Of a stretch of DNA of 64,000 nt, positions 36,605-45,964 are shown one piece after another. Position 1 is the stretch's first letter; every line of letters starts with the position of its first letter. Under the pieces are notes generated by a model. The model saw only the letters and a program-made list of their open reading frames with translations. It had not been told where the DNA came from and ran no database searches. The position numbers and the translations under genes are program-made. The DNA is taken from sequence record MT586120.1; one strand, written 5' to 3'.

Positions 36605-36744
36605 GTTACTGGGAATTAGAAACAGAAGAATGGGAAACTGTCCCTGATAATTATGATGGTGCCGAGAGTATCACAGTTCGTGGTAGGCTTGAGCACCTAG
36701 AAAGATCATATTGTATTGAGTTTCGTTACGAAGAGTATGAGTAG
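36601..36744 (+). CDS. Hypothetical acidic 47-aa protein (not in ORF track)
   Basis: MSYWELETEEWETVP..., read manually. Confidence 0.45.
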   Translation: MSYWELETEEWETVPDNYDGAESITVRGRLEHLERSYCIEFRYEEYE

Positions 36745-36799
36745 ATACAACATTATCTATACTATACTATATAATACATACACCATTATTATTAATTAA

Positions 36800-37123
36800 A
36801 TGGAAGAACGTGAATTTAGCGACCTGAAGATGGAACGTAAGGAGTGCGGCAAGTGCGGCGCTACTTGGATCAACGGTCAGCATATGTGGCATACCGGAAA
36901 CAAAGGAAGTGAAGCAGACCTTGCCGGTCTTGTCTGTAATAAACTAGGTGACTCTCAGTGTATCAACCCACTACGTGGCGATGAGAGTGGTGATACTTGG
37001 GAAGTCCGCGAAGGAGATCTTAGAGTTGGTTTCGATGCGAAGCGCGACCGTATGGAAGACCAGAGAGCACGTTTCAAGGAAGAGTATGGTGAAGACCCAC
37101 ACTTTGACGATCCACTTAAGTAA
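36800..37123 (+). CDS. Conserved cyanophage hypothetical protein
   Basis: ECGKCGATWINGQHMW...LAGLVCNKLG...CINP. Confidence 0.7.
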   Translation: MEEREFSDLKMERKECGKCGATWINGQHMWHTGNKGSEADLAGLVCNKLGDSQCINPLRGDESGDTWEVREGDLRVGFDAKRDRMEDQRARFKEEYGEDPHFDDPLK

Positions 37124-37204
37124 GTCTTAATTATGTGAAGCGATTAGCACACAGTAAACGCTTCATAAACTGGCACACCACTCTTTGCATGGGGTGGTTT
37201 TTTA

Positions 37205-37456
37205 TTGTATGATGACTACAGTTCAAACAAACTAATGACTAATTTTATCTTGGATAAAGTTGCACCACCTGTCTTTTTTTTGGTGGTTGGTTTTGCCGCT
37301 ATTTCTTCTTTATTGCACTGGATTATGGATCCTATTCAAGCTACTGATGAGTTACAAACCATTCTCAAGAATGAATGTGGTATGGAATACTCTACACAAG
37401 AGGTTAGGAGAAACGGTAAAAATCTTTCACGCATTTGTGGACTGAAAAAGAACTGA
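37205..37456 (+). CDS. Hypothetical membrane protein
   Basis: PPVFFLVVGFAAISSLL hydrophobic segment. Confidence 0.5.
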   Translation: MYDDYSSNKLMTNFILDKVAPPVFFLVVGFAAISSLLHWIMDPIQATDELQTILKNECGMEYSTQEVRRNGKNLSRICGLKKN

Positions 37457-37460
37457 CCCC

Positions 37461-37497
37461 TTCACAAACCCCCATTAACCTGCTATAATAACTAGGT
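37461..37497 (+). promoter_or_regulatory. Sigma70-type promoter with a palindrome over the -10 box
   Basis: TTCACA-17-TATAAT; ACCTG-N10-TAGGT. Confidence 0.65.
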
Positions 37498-37511
37498 AAT
37501 CAATCAAGGAT

Positions 37512-37727
37512 ATGAGCCAACTCAGAACCAAGTTTCGTAAGTCTATCGGAATCTTCCAAGATGCCGTTAACCGAACCATCGAGTTAGACTACTCTCAACC
37601 CAAGCTATATAAGAAGGTAAAGCGATTTTATGAAGAAGAAGGAGTTCGCTTCACAGGCGACTCCGTTGAAGACTACCAAATCATTTTAGATTGCATTCAA
37701 GAAGACCTTACCGTAGGTGCTGTTTAA
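37512..37727 (+). CDS. Conserved cyanophage hypothetical protein
   Basis: LDYSQPKLYKKVKRFYEEEGVRFTGD. Confidence 0.7.
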   Translation: MSQLRTKFRKSIGIFQDAVNRTIELDYSQPKLYKKVKRFYEEEGVRFTGDSVEDYQIILDCIQEDLTVGAV

Positions 37728-37966
37728 TGAAAACATTACTAGAACGCGAAGGTTACAGGTTTGTCGAAGCTGGTATTATCGAACTAAATGGTAAGCCAGA
37801 TTATCGTCTCCAAAAACAAGACTTCTATACGAAGCGTTGGAATGACGAGTATCTATTCGATAATCAAATGCAATGTAGTATTGCTATGGAAGATATAGAG
37901 TATGCAAAATGGCTCTGTGGTGATCCAGCATACGTGAGAGATGTAGTAGTTAGTCCATATAACTAG
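37727..37966 (+). CDS. Conserved cyanophage hypothetical protein
   Basis: MKTLLEREGYRFVEAGIIELNGKPDYRLQK. Confidence 0.7.
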   Translation: MKTLLEREGYRFVEAGIIELNGKPDYRLQKQDFYTKRWNDEYLFDNQMQCSIAMEDIEYAKWLCGDPAYVRDVVVSPYN

Positions 37967-38018
37967 TCTCGGTAAGACTATAAAAGAGACCTAACCGAGT
38001 CCTCTTACTTTTACTCCA

Positions 38019-38243
38019 ATGAAAGCCACATCTTTTTTACGCTACATCGGAAATACATTACTCGTAATAGGACATTTCACACTACTCTGGGGAAGCACAG
38101 AGCCTGCATTAATTATCAAAATCATTGGCGGTGCGCTTATTCTTCCCTTTGCCGTAGGTTTAGCTCTATGGGATGTAGTTGCCTTAGAGTTAGTCTTTGG
38201 TTCTATGGACGTTACTAAATTGTATCAAGTCCTAGTTTCTTAG
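38019..38243 (+). CDS. Small membrane protein
   Basis: Two to three hydrophobic helices. Confidence 0.6.
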   Translation: MKATSFLRYIGNTLLVIGHFTLLWGSTEPALIIKIIGGALILPFAVGLALWDVVALELVFGSMDVTKLYQVLVS

Positions 38244-38255
38244 TTCTATAAAAAC

Positions 38256-38422
38256 TAAGTGGTGGAGTCAACTTGACCCTTATGCCCTTGTCGGATGGGC
38301 TTTATAAATGCCGACTGGCGCGTCGTATGCAAAGGTTTCTCACTCTTCCTTAAAGAGTGAGTGGTGCGGATGATTTCATCGCATGGTTTTGCGATTCCAT
38401 TTAAAGATCGTATGGCGAGCAT
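38256..38422 (+). ncRNA. wcaG-RNA-like structured RNA in tandem form
   Basis: Four UGGYG motifs (38260, 38316, 38362, 38413) with intervening hairpins and pseudoknot pairings; lies upstream of the gmd/wcaG island. Identity with the wcaG motif is from recall. Confidence 0.6.
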
Positions 38423-38449
38423 GTTAATATACCCAATCATTTTTTGATG

Positions 38450-38473
38450 CCCCCTTCGGAAAGGGGTTTTTTT
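38450..38473 (+). terminator. Rho-independent terminator
   Basis: CCCC-TTCGGAAA-GGGG followed by T7. Confidence 0.7.
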
Positions 38474-38504
38474 ATGCTATAATATATAATGTATTATTTG
38501 TGTA

Positions 38505-39380
38505 ATGGTAATGTATCATGAACGTATGAAGTTACGAAAAGATGCTTATTCTAAAAAGTTAGACAATGTAACATCGAGGTGCTATTTTGCAAATGGATTT
38601 GCAACTAGGATTAAAAATATTGTAAGTTGCCACAGAATTGCAAATAACGTTCAAGTTTATTGGGATGCAAATTGTAAACCATTTTACTATAAAAAATTAA
38701 ATGAATACTTCCCTGATCTAGTGGAAACCGATGAGTATGTCTCAAAGACATGGAGACAAGGATGGAGATTAGCCACTTTTCCTGGAGAAATTGGGGAAGG
38801 TTTTTCAAATAAAGACGCAATTTTTGAAGAGTTTGATAGTCCAATTGTTATCCCATCTCATGGAAAGGGTCGTTGTATTGATTATGAATATCATAGAATT
38901 CCCCAACCAATTATCGATGACTATCTTAAAATATTCTCTGAGTTGAGAATTAAAGATTCTTTTCTTGAGACTGCGGATAAGTTTGCTAAGGAAAATTTTA
39001 ATTCTGAAACTGTTTCTGTGCATATTAGAAATTGGGTTGACTTTGCACCTAGAGGAAAAATGCACACCCTATCTCCCTTCATTGACTTGATGGCAGAGCA
39101 TCCAACATCAAAGTTTTTTGTTTCTACGGATAGTCCCAATAATATCAAAATCCTAAAAGAAACGTTTGGTGATGATCGCATTATTAGCTATTGTGGAACA
39201 GATCCATCATTTGATGTCTTTATTGATTTACTTCTCTTATCGAAGAATCGTAATTTAATTGGTTCTGTAATGAGCACTTTTAGTGAAGTTGCTTGGTGGT
39301 TAGGTGAAGCTACGGCAAAGGTTAAAATTGCTTATGGTCCCAAGACAATGAAGTATATGTACCCAAAACATCACATTTAA
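38505..39380 (+). CDS. Putative fucosyltransferase-like glycosyltransferase (GT23/O-FucT-like)
   Basis: VSVHIR, FFVSTDS, DLLLLSK and GSVMSTFS motifs. Confidence 0.55.
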   Translation: MVMYHERMKLRKDAYSKKLDNVTSRCYFANGFATRIKNIVSCHRIANNVQVYWDANCKPFYYKKLNEYFPDLVETDEYVSKTWRQGWRLATFPGEIGEGFSNKDAIFEEFDSPIVIPSHGKGRCIDYEYHRIPQPIIDDYLKIFSELRIKDSFLETADKFAKENFNSETVSVHIRNWVDFAPRGKMHTLSPFIDLMAEHPTSKFFVSTDSPNNIKILKETFGDDRIISYCGTDPSFDVFIDLLLLSKNRNLIGSVMSTFSEVAWWLGEATAKVKIAYGPKTMKYMYPKHHI

Positions 39381-39420
39381 ACCATTTGTGCTATAATGTA
39401 TTTGTAGCAATCCATTTGTA

Positions 39421-40422
39421 ATGAAAGTAGCACTTATTACTGGGATCACGGGGCAAGATGGATCTTACCTAGCTGAACTTCTCCTCCAAAAAGGATATAC
39501 AGTTCACGGTATTATCCGTCGTGCTTCTATGATTAACACCCACAGAATTGACCATATCTTTGACCGCATCACTCTCCATTATGGAGACCTTACCGATGCT
39601 TTGAGTATCGTATCTATTATTAAAACAGTTCAACCAGATGAAATCTATAACCTAGGGGCTCAGAGTCACGTTAAGGTTTCATTTGATCAGCCTGAATACA
39701 CAGCACAGACCGACGCATTGGGCACTCTAAGGGTGCTAGAAGCCGTCCGTCTTCTTGGTATGGAATCATACGTAAGAATCTACCAAGCGAGCACCAGTGA
39801 GCTTTATGGGCTAGTTCAGGAGACACCCCAGAAAGAAACCACTCCAATGTATCCACGATCCCCTTATGGAGTTGCTAAACTATATGGGTTCTGGATCATC
39901 AAAAACTACAGGGAAAGCTATGACATACATGCCTCTAGCGGTATTCTATTCAATCACGAAAGCTCACGCAGAGGAGAGACGTTCGTCACACGCAAGATCG
40001 TCCGAGCCTTGTCCCGAATTAGTGTGGGACTCCAAAGTGATCTACAGCTTGGAAACCTCAATGCCCGACGTGACTGGGGACACGCCAAAGACTACGTAGA
40101 GGCTATGTGGTTGATGCTTCAGCAAGAGAAGCCAGATGATTATGTGATCGCAACTGGTGAGCAGTATTCTGTAAAGGACTTTGTTAATGCTGCAGCACCA
40201 TACTTTGGGTTCAATATTGAATGGAGAGGTGAAGGTCTTGATGAGTTTGGATTCTGTCTCAATACTGGTAGAACAGTTGTAAAAGTCAATCCTAAATATT
40301 TCAGACCCGCAGAAGTAGAAACTCTTCTCGGTGATCCCACTAAAGCAAAGGAAGTTCTTGGATGGACTCCTACTTATACATTTAATGAACTAGTTGAAGA
40401 GATGGTACTTAATGGACAATAA
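39421..40422 (+). CDS. gmd: GDP-mannose 4,6-dehydratase
   Basis: [28 protein letters not shown] and RDWGHAKDY motifs. Confidence 0.97.
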   Translation: MKVALITGITGQDGSYLAELLLQKGYTVHGIIRRASMINTHRIDHIFDRITLHYGDLTDALSIVSIIKTVQPDEIYNLGAQSHVKVSFDQPEYTAQTDALGTLRVLEAVRLLGMESYVRIYQASTSELYGLVQETPQKETTPMYPRSPYGVAKLYGFWIIKNYRESYDIHASSGILFNHESSRRGETFVTRKIVRALSRISVGLQSDLQLGNLNARRDWGHAKDYVEAMWLMLQQEKPDDYVIATGEQYSVKDFVNAAAPYFGFNIEWRGEGLDEFGFCLNTGRTVVKVNPKYFRPAEVETLLGDPTKAKEVLGWTPTYTFNELVEEMVLNGQ

Positions 40423-41335
40423 TTCCACAGTTGCAATTTTTGGGTCTGGTGGTCTAGCTGGAGGAGCAATCACCAGACAGTTTATAAACAAAAGACATAA
40501 ACTACTACTACCCCGCAGTAAAGATTTAGATTTACGAGAACAAGCTGATGTTCGTGCTTGGTTCAAAGCCAATAAAGTTGATTATGTAATCCTAGCTGCT
40601 GCCCTAGTCGGCGGCATTATGGCTAACAAGACTCGCAAAGCGGAGTTCTTACACGACAATCTAATGATGCAGTGTAATGTAATTGACTCTGCTTACTATT
40701 CAGGTGTTAAGAAGCTCCTATTCCTAGGAACATCTTGCATCTATCCTGCTGGACGCCAACACCCACTAAAAGAAAATGAACTCCTTACGGGGGCTCTTGA
40801 GCCTACTAACGACGCTTACGCCATCGCAAAGATCGCAGGAATCAAACAATGTGACTTCTACAGGGAGCAATATGGATTTGATGCTATCTCTATTATGCCT
40901 CCTAATCTATATGGTCCTGGAGACAATTTCCACGAGGGATCAGGTCACGTCCTCGCATCGTTGATGAACCGCTTCCACAACGCCAAGGTGGCTGGTGAAG
41001 CCACTGTAGCTTGCTGGGGTGACGGAACACCTATGAGAGAGTTTCTCTTCTCTGAAGACCTAGCAGAAGCCTGTGCGTTCTTTATGGATAACTACAGTGA
41101 CTACGGTCACGTCAATGTTGGAACTGGTGAAGACATCACCATCAAACACCTAGCAGAGAGTATTGCAAAGGTTGTTGGTTTTGAAGGAGAGATCCTATGG
41201 GACACTTCAAAACCAAATGGAAATCCTCGCAAATTACTTGACAGCACTGTGGCTAATGAGTTAGGATGGAAGCCCAAGACCAGTTTTGAAGATGGTCTAC
41301 AGAAAACTTACAACTGGTATTTAAACAATGTATGA
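40412..41335 (+). CDS. fcl: GDP-L-fucose synthase / ColC-like epimerase-reductase
   Basis: [21 protein letters not shown] and [10 protein letters not shown] motifs. Confidence 0.93.
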   Translation: MDNNSTVAIFGSGGLAGGAITRQFINKRHKLLLPRSKDLDLREQADVRAWFKANKVDYVILAAALVGGIMANKTRKAEFLHDNLMMQCNVIDSAYYSGVKKLLFLGTSCIYPAGRQHPLKENELLTGALEPTNDAYAIAKIAGIKQCDFYREQYGFDAISIMPPNLYGPGDNFHEGSGHVLASLMNRFHNAKVAGEATVACWGDGTPMREFLFSEDLAEACAFFMDNYSDYGHVNVGTGEDITIKHLAESIAKVVGFEGEILWDTSKPNGNPRKLLDSTVANELGWKPKTSFEDGLQKTYNWYLNNV

Positions 41336-42479
41336 TTGGAAATTAATGGATGATACGGTCACACTTCGTGATCGTATGAAGATGGCTAAGTTTGTTCTAA
41401 CTACTAGCCGACTAACACAAGGACCACAAGTTCGTAAATTTGAGGAGCATTGGAGTGACTGGCTTGGAGTTAAACATTCTCTTTTTGTTAGTAGTGGTAG
41501 TACTGCCAACAGTCTTTTGGTATCTGCTTGGAAAGATCTAAATGATATTCCAGATGGTGCAAAGGTTATTGTTCCTGCCTGCACTTGGGTGACTAACATT
41601 GCACCAATCATTCAAAACAATCTAACCCCAGTATTTTGTGATATCAATCTAAAGGACTTTAGCTTTGATATTAGTTCTCTTCAGACTATTGCATGTGAGC
41701 ATAAAGATATCCGGGCAATCTTCGTCACACACCTACTAGGTTTCCCTGCACGGGTAGAGGAGTTTCATAAGATCTTCCCTAACGCAGACATCCTAGAAGA
41801 CGTTTGCGAGAGCCACGGTGCCGTTATTGAAGGTGGGACTATGGCTGGTACATATGATGTAGGAGGGACATTCAGCTTCTACTTTGGTCATCATATGACT
41901 ACTGTTGAGGGTGGCATGGTATCCACTAACAATAGTGATATGTATGACTTGATGCGTATGAAGCGCTCTCACGGTTTATCTCGTGAGTCGGTTCATTCTA
42001 AAGAGTATGCGAAGATGTATCCCGAGATCAATCCACAGTTCCTCTTTATGACTGATGGTTATAACTTCCGTAATAATGAGATTGGTGCTGTATTGGGTCA
42101 GTCTCAACTAAAGCGTTTGGATAATATGATCGTCAAGCGTAATGATAATTATAAGACATACTTCGAGATTGTATCTCTATACTCCCATCTATTCCATGTT
42201 CCTGCTTACATTCCAAATCGTATTAGTAGCTTCTGCTTCCCTCTAATCTCTAGGGACAAAGCAACTCATCTAAGACTACAGGAGTTGTTGACTGAGTATC
42301 GTGTAGAGTATCGCCCAGTTGTAGGTGGAAACTTACTCAAGCAGCCTTTCTTATCTGCTTATCACGCAGACTGCCCTAACGCAGACATCCTCCACGACCG
42401 TGGATTGTATGTTGGAAACAGTCACTTTGTTGGTGTAAGCCACTTACTAATGCTTGAAGAAATTTTGGAGCAACTTTGA
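41328..42479 (+). CDS. PLP-dependent DegT-family enzyme of ColD type (His in place of catalytic Lys)
   Basis: VSSGSTAN, EDVCESHG and SFYFGHHMTTVEGG motifs; 383 aa. Confidence 0.85.
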   Translation: MYDWKLMDDTVTLRDRMKMAKFVLTTSRLTQGPQVRKFEEHWSDWLGVKHSLFVSSGSTANSLLVSAWKDLNDIPDGAKVIVPACTWVTNIAPIIQNNLTPVFCDINLKDFSFDISSLQTIACEHKDIRAIFVTHLLGFPARVEEFHKIFPNADILEDVCESHGAVIEGGTMAGTYDVGGTFSFYFGHHMTTVEGGMVSTNNSDMYDLMRMKRSHGLSRESVHSKEYAKMYPEINPQFLFMTDGYNFRNNEIGAVLGQSQLKRLDNMIVKRNDNYKTYFEIVSLYSHLFHVPAYIPNRISSFCFPLISRDKATHLRLQELLTEYRVEYRPVVGGNLLKQPFLSAYHADCPNADILHDRGLYVGNSHFVGVSHLLMLEEILEQL

Positions 42480-42480
42480 T

Positions 42481-43275
42481 ATGACTATTTCTTTTAATTA
42501 TTTGGGTAACCTGGGACACTTGGGAAACCAAATGTTTCAGTATGCCGCATTGATGGGTCTTAGCTCCAAGTATAATAGAACCTTTTGTATTCCACATCCC
42601 GATACATTTTCAACTGCGAGTTATCAAGAAAATAGAAGCAGTATCTATAGCGCCTTTGATATCAAACCTCCGCATGTTGGGATGAGTAAATTCAAACCAG
42701 TTTCAGAGGCACACTTTCATTTTGATAACAACTTATTTGAGAACCTTCCACCCCAAGATATTGATCTTCGTGGATACTTTCAATGTGAAAAGTGGTTTAA
42801 GCATATTGAAGATGATGTGAGAAAGGCATTCACATTCAAGCCCGAGTATATGGAAGTAGCTCAGTTGATGCGAGATCAGTTAGATGGTGAAGTAATTTCT
42901 CTTCATATTAGAAGAACAGATTACATCACCAACCCAAATCATTACTGTATGCATATGGGTTACTATTTGAAAGCATTAAAAGTTATGCCTTCTGAGCCAA
43001 AGGTAATCATTTTTAGTGATGATACTGAATGGGCAATGGATCAGAAAGAGTTTCCTGATGATAGGTTCCTTGTATCCGAGACAAATTGTCCATACACAGA
43101 TATGGCTCTGATGACTTTATGCGACTACCACATCAATGCAAACAGCTCCTTCTCTTGGTGGGGTTCTTGGCTATCTAACAGCAAGAAAGTAACAGCTCCA
43201 AGTGATTGGTTTTCTGGTCCACTAACTAGTAATAACTTATCTGATATTTATTGTGATGGATGGGAAGTAATCTAA
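42481..43275 (+). CDS. Alpha-1,2-fucosyltransferase-like GT11 (copy 2)
   Basis: GHLGNQMFQYA, SLHIRRTDY and ANSSFSWWG motifs. Confidence 0.88.
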   Translation: MTISFNYLGNLGHLGNQMFQYAALMGLSSKYNRTFCIPHPDTFSTASYQENRSSIYSAFDIKPPHVGMSKFKPVSEAHFHFDNNLFENLPPQDIDLRGYFQCEKWFKHIEDDVRKAFTFKPEYMEVAQLMRDQLDGEVISLHIRRTDYITNPNHYCMHMGYYLKALKVMPSEPKVIIFSDDTEWAMDQKEFPDDRFLVSETNCPYTDMALMTLCDYHINANSSFSWWGSWLSNSKKVTAPSDWFSGPLTSNNLSDIYCDGWEVI

Positions 43276-44045
43276 TGGGAAAAAATTTAGTATGTCAGAT
43301 CTTTTTTGATAAAAAATTGATTACTGATTATAAAGTTCATGAAAAAGATCAGACAAGAGGTGAGGTTGTAACATCTAAACATTTAGATAATGAGTTGTTT
43401 CAACATTCTCAAATACTTGCTAAAAGATACGCAGAGCGTGTAGGTGCGGATTACATCCTATTTGATAAACCACATATCAATTTTTATAATCCATCTCAAG
43501 AAAGATTTAGATTGATGGAAGAAGACCATTGGGCAGAGACATATGATAATATATTATATGTTGACTGTGATGCGTTTATCTACAACGAATGCCCCAATAT
43601 CTTTGAGGAGTATCCACAAGAAAATTTAAGGATTGCTAGGGATATGAACCCAGCTATTCCTAATCAGGAGAATGTAATTGTTAGTGAGGTTGGTCTTGAT
43701 AAAGTGCGCCAATCATATTTCAATGCTGGAATTCTATTGATGCACTCATCCACACTTAGGGAATTAAAAAAGGTCATCAAATATAAGGAAAGATTTTCTC
43801 TCTTACCTTATGGTGATCAGTCCGAGTTAAATTACTGCACATTGAAGTATGACATCCCCCATACAGTAATGGACCAAAGATTCAACTCATATGACAGAGA
43901 TGCATTTATCGGTCATCTATACGGTACGCAAAAGTTTGATGGACTATTCCATAGTGCATATCACCTGAAGAAAGCTAAAGAGCAAGCACTAGGTATCAAA
44001 CCGAAGAAAAAGAAGCTACCATTCACAGTAAAAACTAATTATTAA
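43275..44045 (+). CDS. Glycosyltransferase, GT8-like
   Basis: YVDCD (DxD), YFNAG and GDQSELN motifs. Confidence 0.75.
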   Translation: MGKNLVCQIFFDKKLITDYKVHEKDQTRGEVVTSKHLDNELFQHSQILAKRYAERVGADYILFDKPHINFYNPSQERFRLMEEDHWAETYDNILYVDCDAFIYNECPNIFEEYPQENLRIARDMNPAIPNQENVIVSEVGLDKVRQSYFNAGILLMHSSTLRELKKVIKYKERFSLLPYGDQSELNYCTLKYDIPHTVMDQRFNSYDRDAFIGHLYGTQKFDGLFHSAYHLKKAKEQALGIKPKKKKLPFTVKTNY

Positions 44046-44049
44046 ACCA

Positions 44050-44619
44050 ATGACTGTTGATGTAAACTATTGGAGTACTTTCTACTCATCAAATCACACT
44101 CTAGATTCCTCCAACTTCTGTAGGTTTGTATTAGAGTACTTTAAAAATCAGTCTTCACTACGCATCCTAGATGCTGGCTGTGGTAATGGTAGAGATAGCT
44201 ATGCCCTATCCAAATTACACATAGTAACTGGTATAGATACTGCCGACTATGTTCCTGAGTCAACAGAGACTTGCTCATTTGAGACTGGAGATTTCTGCAC
44301 ACATGATAAAGATTCTTACGATATTGTGTATTCTAGATTTACTCTACACTCAATTACAGATGAGCAACAGGTAGAATTCATCAAGTCTATTGTAAATGCT
44401 GGGACTTTCTTATGCATTGAGTGTAGAAGTGATGGAGACATTGATACTGTAAGGGAGCATGGTGATGACCACTATAGAAACTTTGTAAGCTTTGTTCGCC
44501 TTCAGAGTATATTGTTGGAGAATGGATTTATAGTGCATGTTGCTGAAGAAAGTAGGGGATTTGCACCATACAAAGCAGAAGATCCAGTTTGTGTACGATT
44601 CATTGCGGAGAAAAATTGA
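44050..44619 (+). CDS. Class I SAM-dependent methyltransferase
   Basis: ILDAGCGNGRD and YSRFTLHSI motifs. Confidence 0.88.
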   Translation: MTVDVNYWSTFYSSNHTLDSSNFCRFVLEYFKNQSSLRILDAGCGNGRDSYALSKLHIVTGIDTADYVPESTETCSFETGDFCTHDKDSYDIVYSRFTLHSITDEQQVEFIKSIVNAGTFLCIECRSDGDIDTVREHGDDHYRNFVSFVRLQSILLENGFIVHVAEESRGFAPYKAEDPVCVRFIAEKN

Positions 44620-45149
44620 TGGCAGGTTATCCTGAAAAAGCAGAAAAGCTAAACACCACACTACTCTGGACTCTCGATCTTCTTGAGACTAGAGGTATTG
44701 ATAAGTGGTTTGTATCTTATGGTACTTTATTGGGTTTGATTCGTGATGGATCATGTATTGATGGTGATGATGATGTAGACATCTGCATTGACAAAGATTG
44801 TTGGGATGATGTATATGATCCAATCAAAAAATTGAATAGACTCAATGAGCAGTATGTAAAAGAGAACATTATCATCACCAAAAGAACTGCGACATACTCA
44901 CAAGTAGATTTTTATTGCTGTGATGTAAATGAGCAAGGTGACTTCAATGATACATGGGAAGATGTTATTTGGAGTAGATGCTATAATGAGTCTGACAAAA
45001 TTCCAACCATTGAGTTTCAGGGAAGACATTTGAATGTTCCTCATAATGCAATTGAAAAACTTTCTAAGCGTTATGGTTCTACTTGGAATCAGAGAATCAA
45101 AAGAGGAACTGAAGCCGGAGATGGTTATCGTAAAATAAAAGTATTATGA
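44619..45149 (+). CDS. LicD-family nucleotidyltransferase-fold phosphotransferase
   Basis: YGTLLGLIRDG..IDGDDDVDI motif. Confidence 0.8.
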   Translation: MAGYPEKAEKLNTTLLWTLDLLETRGIDKWFVSYGTLLGLIRDGSCIDGDDDVDICIDKDCWDDVYDPIKKLNRLNEQYVKENIIITKRTATYSQVDFYCCDVNEQGDFNDTWEDVIWSRCYNESDKIPTIEFQGRHLNVPHNAIEKLSKRYGSTWNQRIKRGTEAGDGYRKIKVL

Positions 45150-45964
45150 AAAATGAAGTTATGAGACACGACCTAAAAGACACTACATTTATTATACCTC
45201 TACGCATTGAGAGTGGAGACAGAATGCGTAATGTAATTACTTCATTATGTTATATACTATCAAACTTTGATACTCATATCATTGTAAAGGAGGGTGATAC
45301 CTCTTCTATATTTCTTGAGGATGTTCTTCCACAAGTAAAAGATTTCCTGGAAGTAGATGAGATTCCTAATCTATTACATGTCTTTGAGGACACGAGTGCT
45401 TCTGAGTTCCATAGAACTAGGTATCTTAATGAGATGACTCATATGGCTACAACAAAGGTTGTGGTTAATTATGATTGTGATATCATCCTTCCCGTGGAGT
45501 CCTACATAAAAGCACAGGCAATGATTATTGATGGACCTTCTGATGTGGTCTATCCATATGGATTCGGTAACTATGCTAAAATGGTAACCGTAGATGATTC
45601 AATTGTCTCTGAATTCCTAACTGAAGGATTCAGTATTAATCTCCTAGAAAAAACTACAAAGCTAAACAATGCTCGTTTTGGTTTCTGTCAGTTCTTTGAT
45701 AGAGAGGTTTACATCAGTGGTGGCGGGGAAAACGAAAAGTTCATTGCATATGCTCCTGAAGATGAAGAGAGGGCATTTAGATTTATTACTTTGGGATATA
45801 AAGTAGATCGTATTGATCAATTTGTATATCACCTAGAGCATTCAAGGACACCCAATTCGTGGTATAATAATCCTCATATGCAGAACAATTTTGCCTTATG
45901 GGAAGTTTTACAGAAAATGGACAAGCATCAACTAATTGAGCACTACAACTTATACAATGGATAA
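45146..45964 (+). CDS. Glycosyltransferase (GT-A fold, GT2/GT7-like)
   Basis: VNYDCD, GGENEKFIAYAPEDEE and YHLEH motifs. Confidence 0.78.
   Translation: MKNEVMRHDLKDTTFIIPLRIESGDRMRNVITSLCYILSNFDTHIIVKEGDTSSIFLEDVLPQVKDFLEVDEIPNLLHVFEDTSASEFHRTRYLNEMTHMATTKVVVNYDCDIILPVESYIKAQAMIIDGPSDVVYPYGFGNYAKMVTVDDSIVSEFLTEGFSINLLEKTTKLNNARFGFCQFFDREVYISGGGENEKFIAYAPEDEERAFRFITLGYKVDRIDQFVYHLEHSRTPNSWYNNPHMQNNFALWEVLQKMDKHQLIEHYNLYNG

Noticed and set aside
38255-38440. Minus-strand 61-aa ORF over the UGGYG RNA
   Set aside because: No coding features; the region is better explained by RNA structure on the plus strand.
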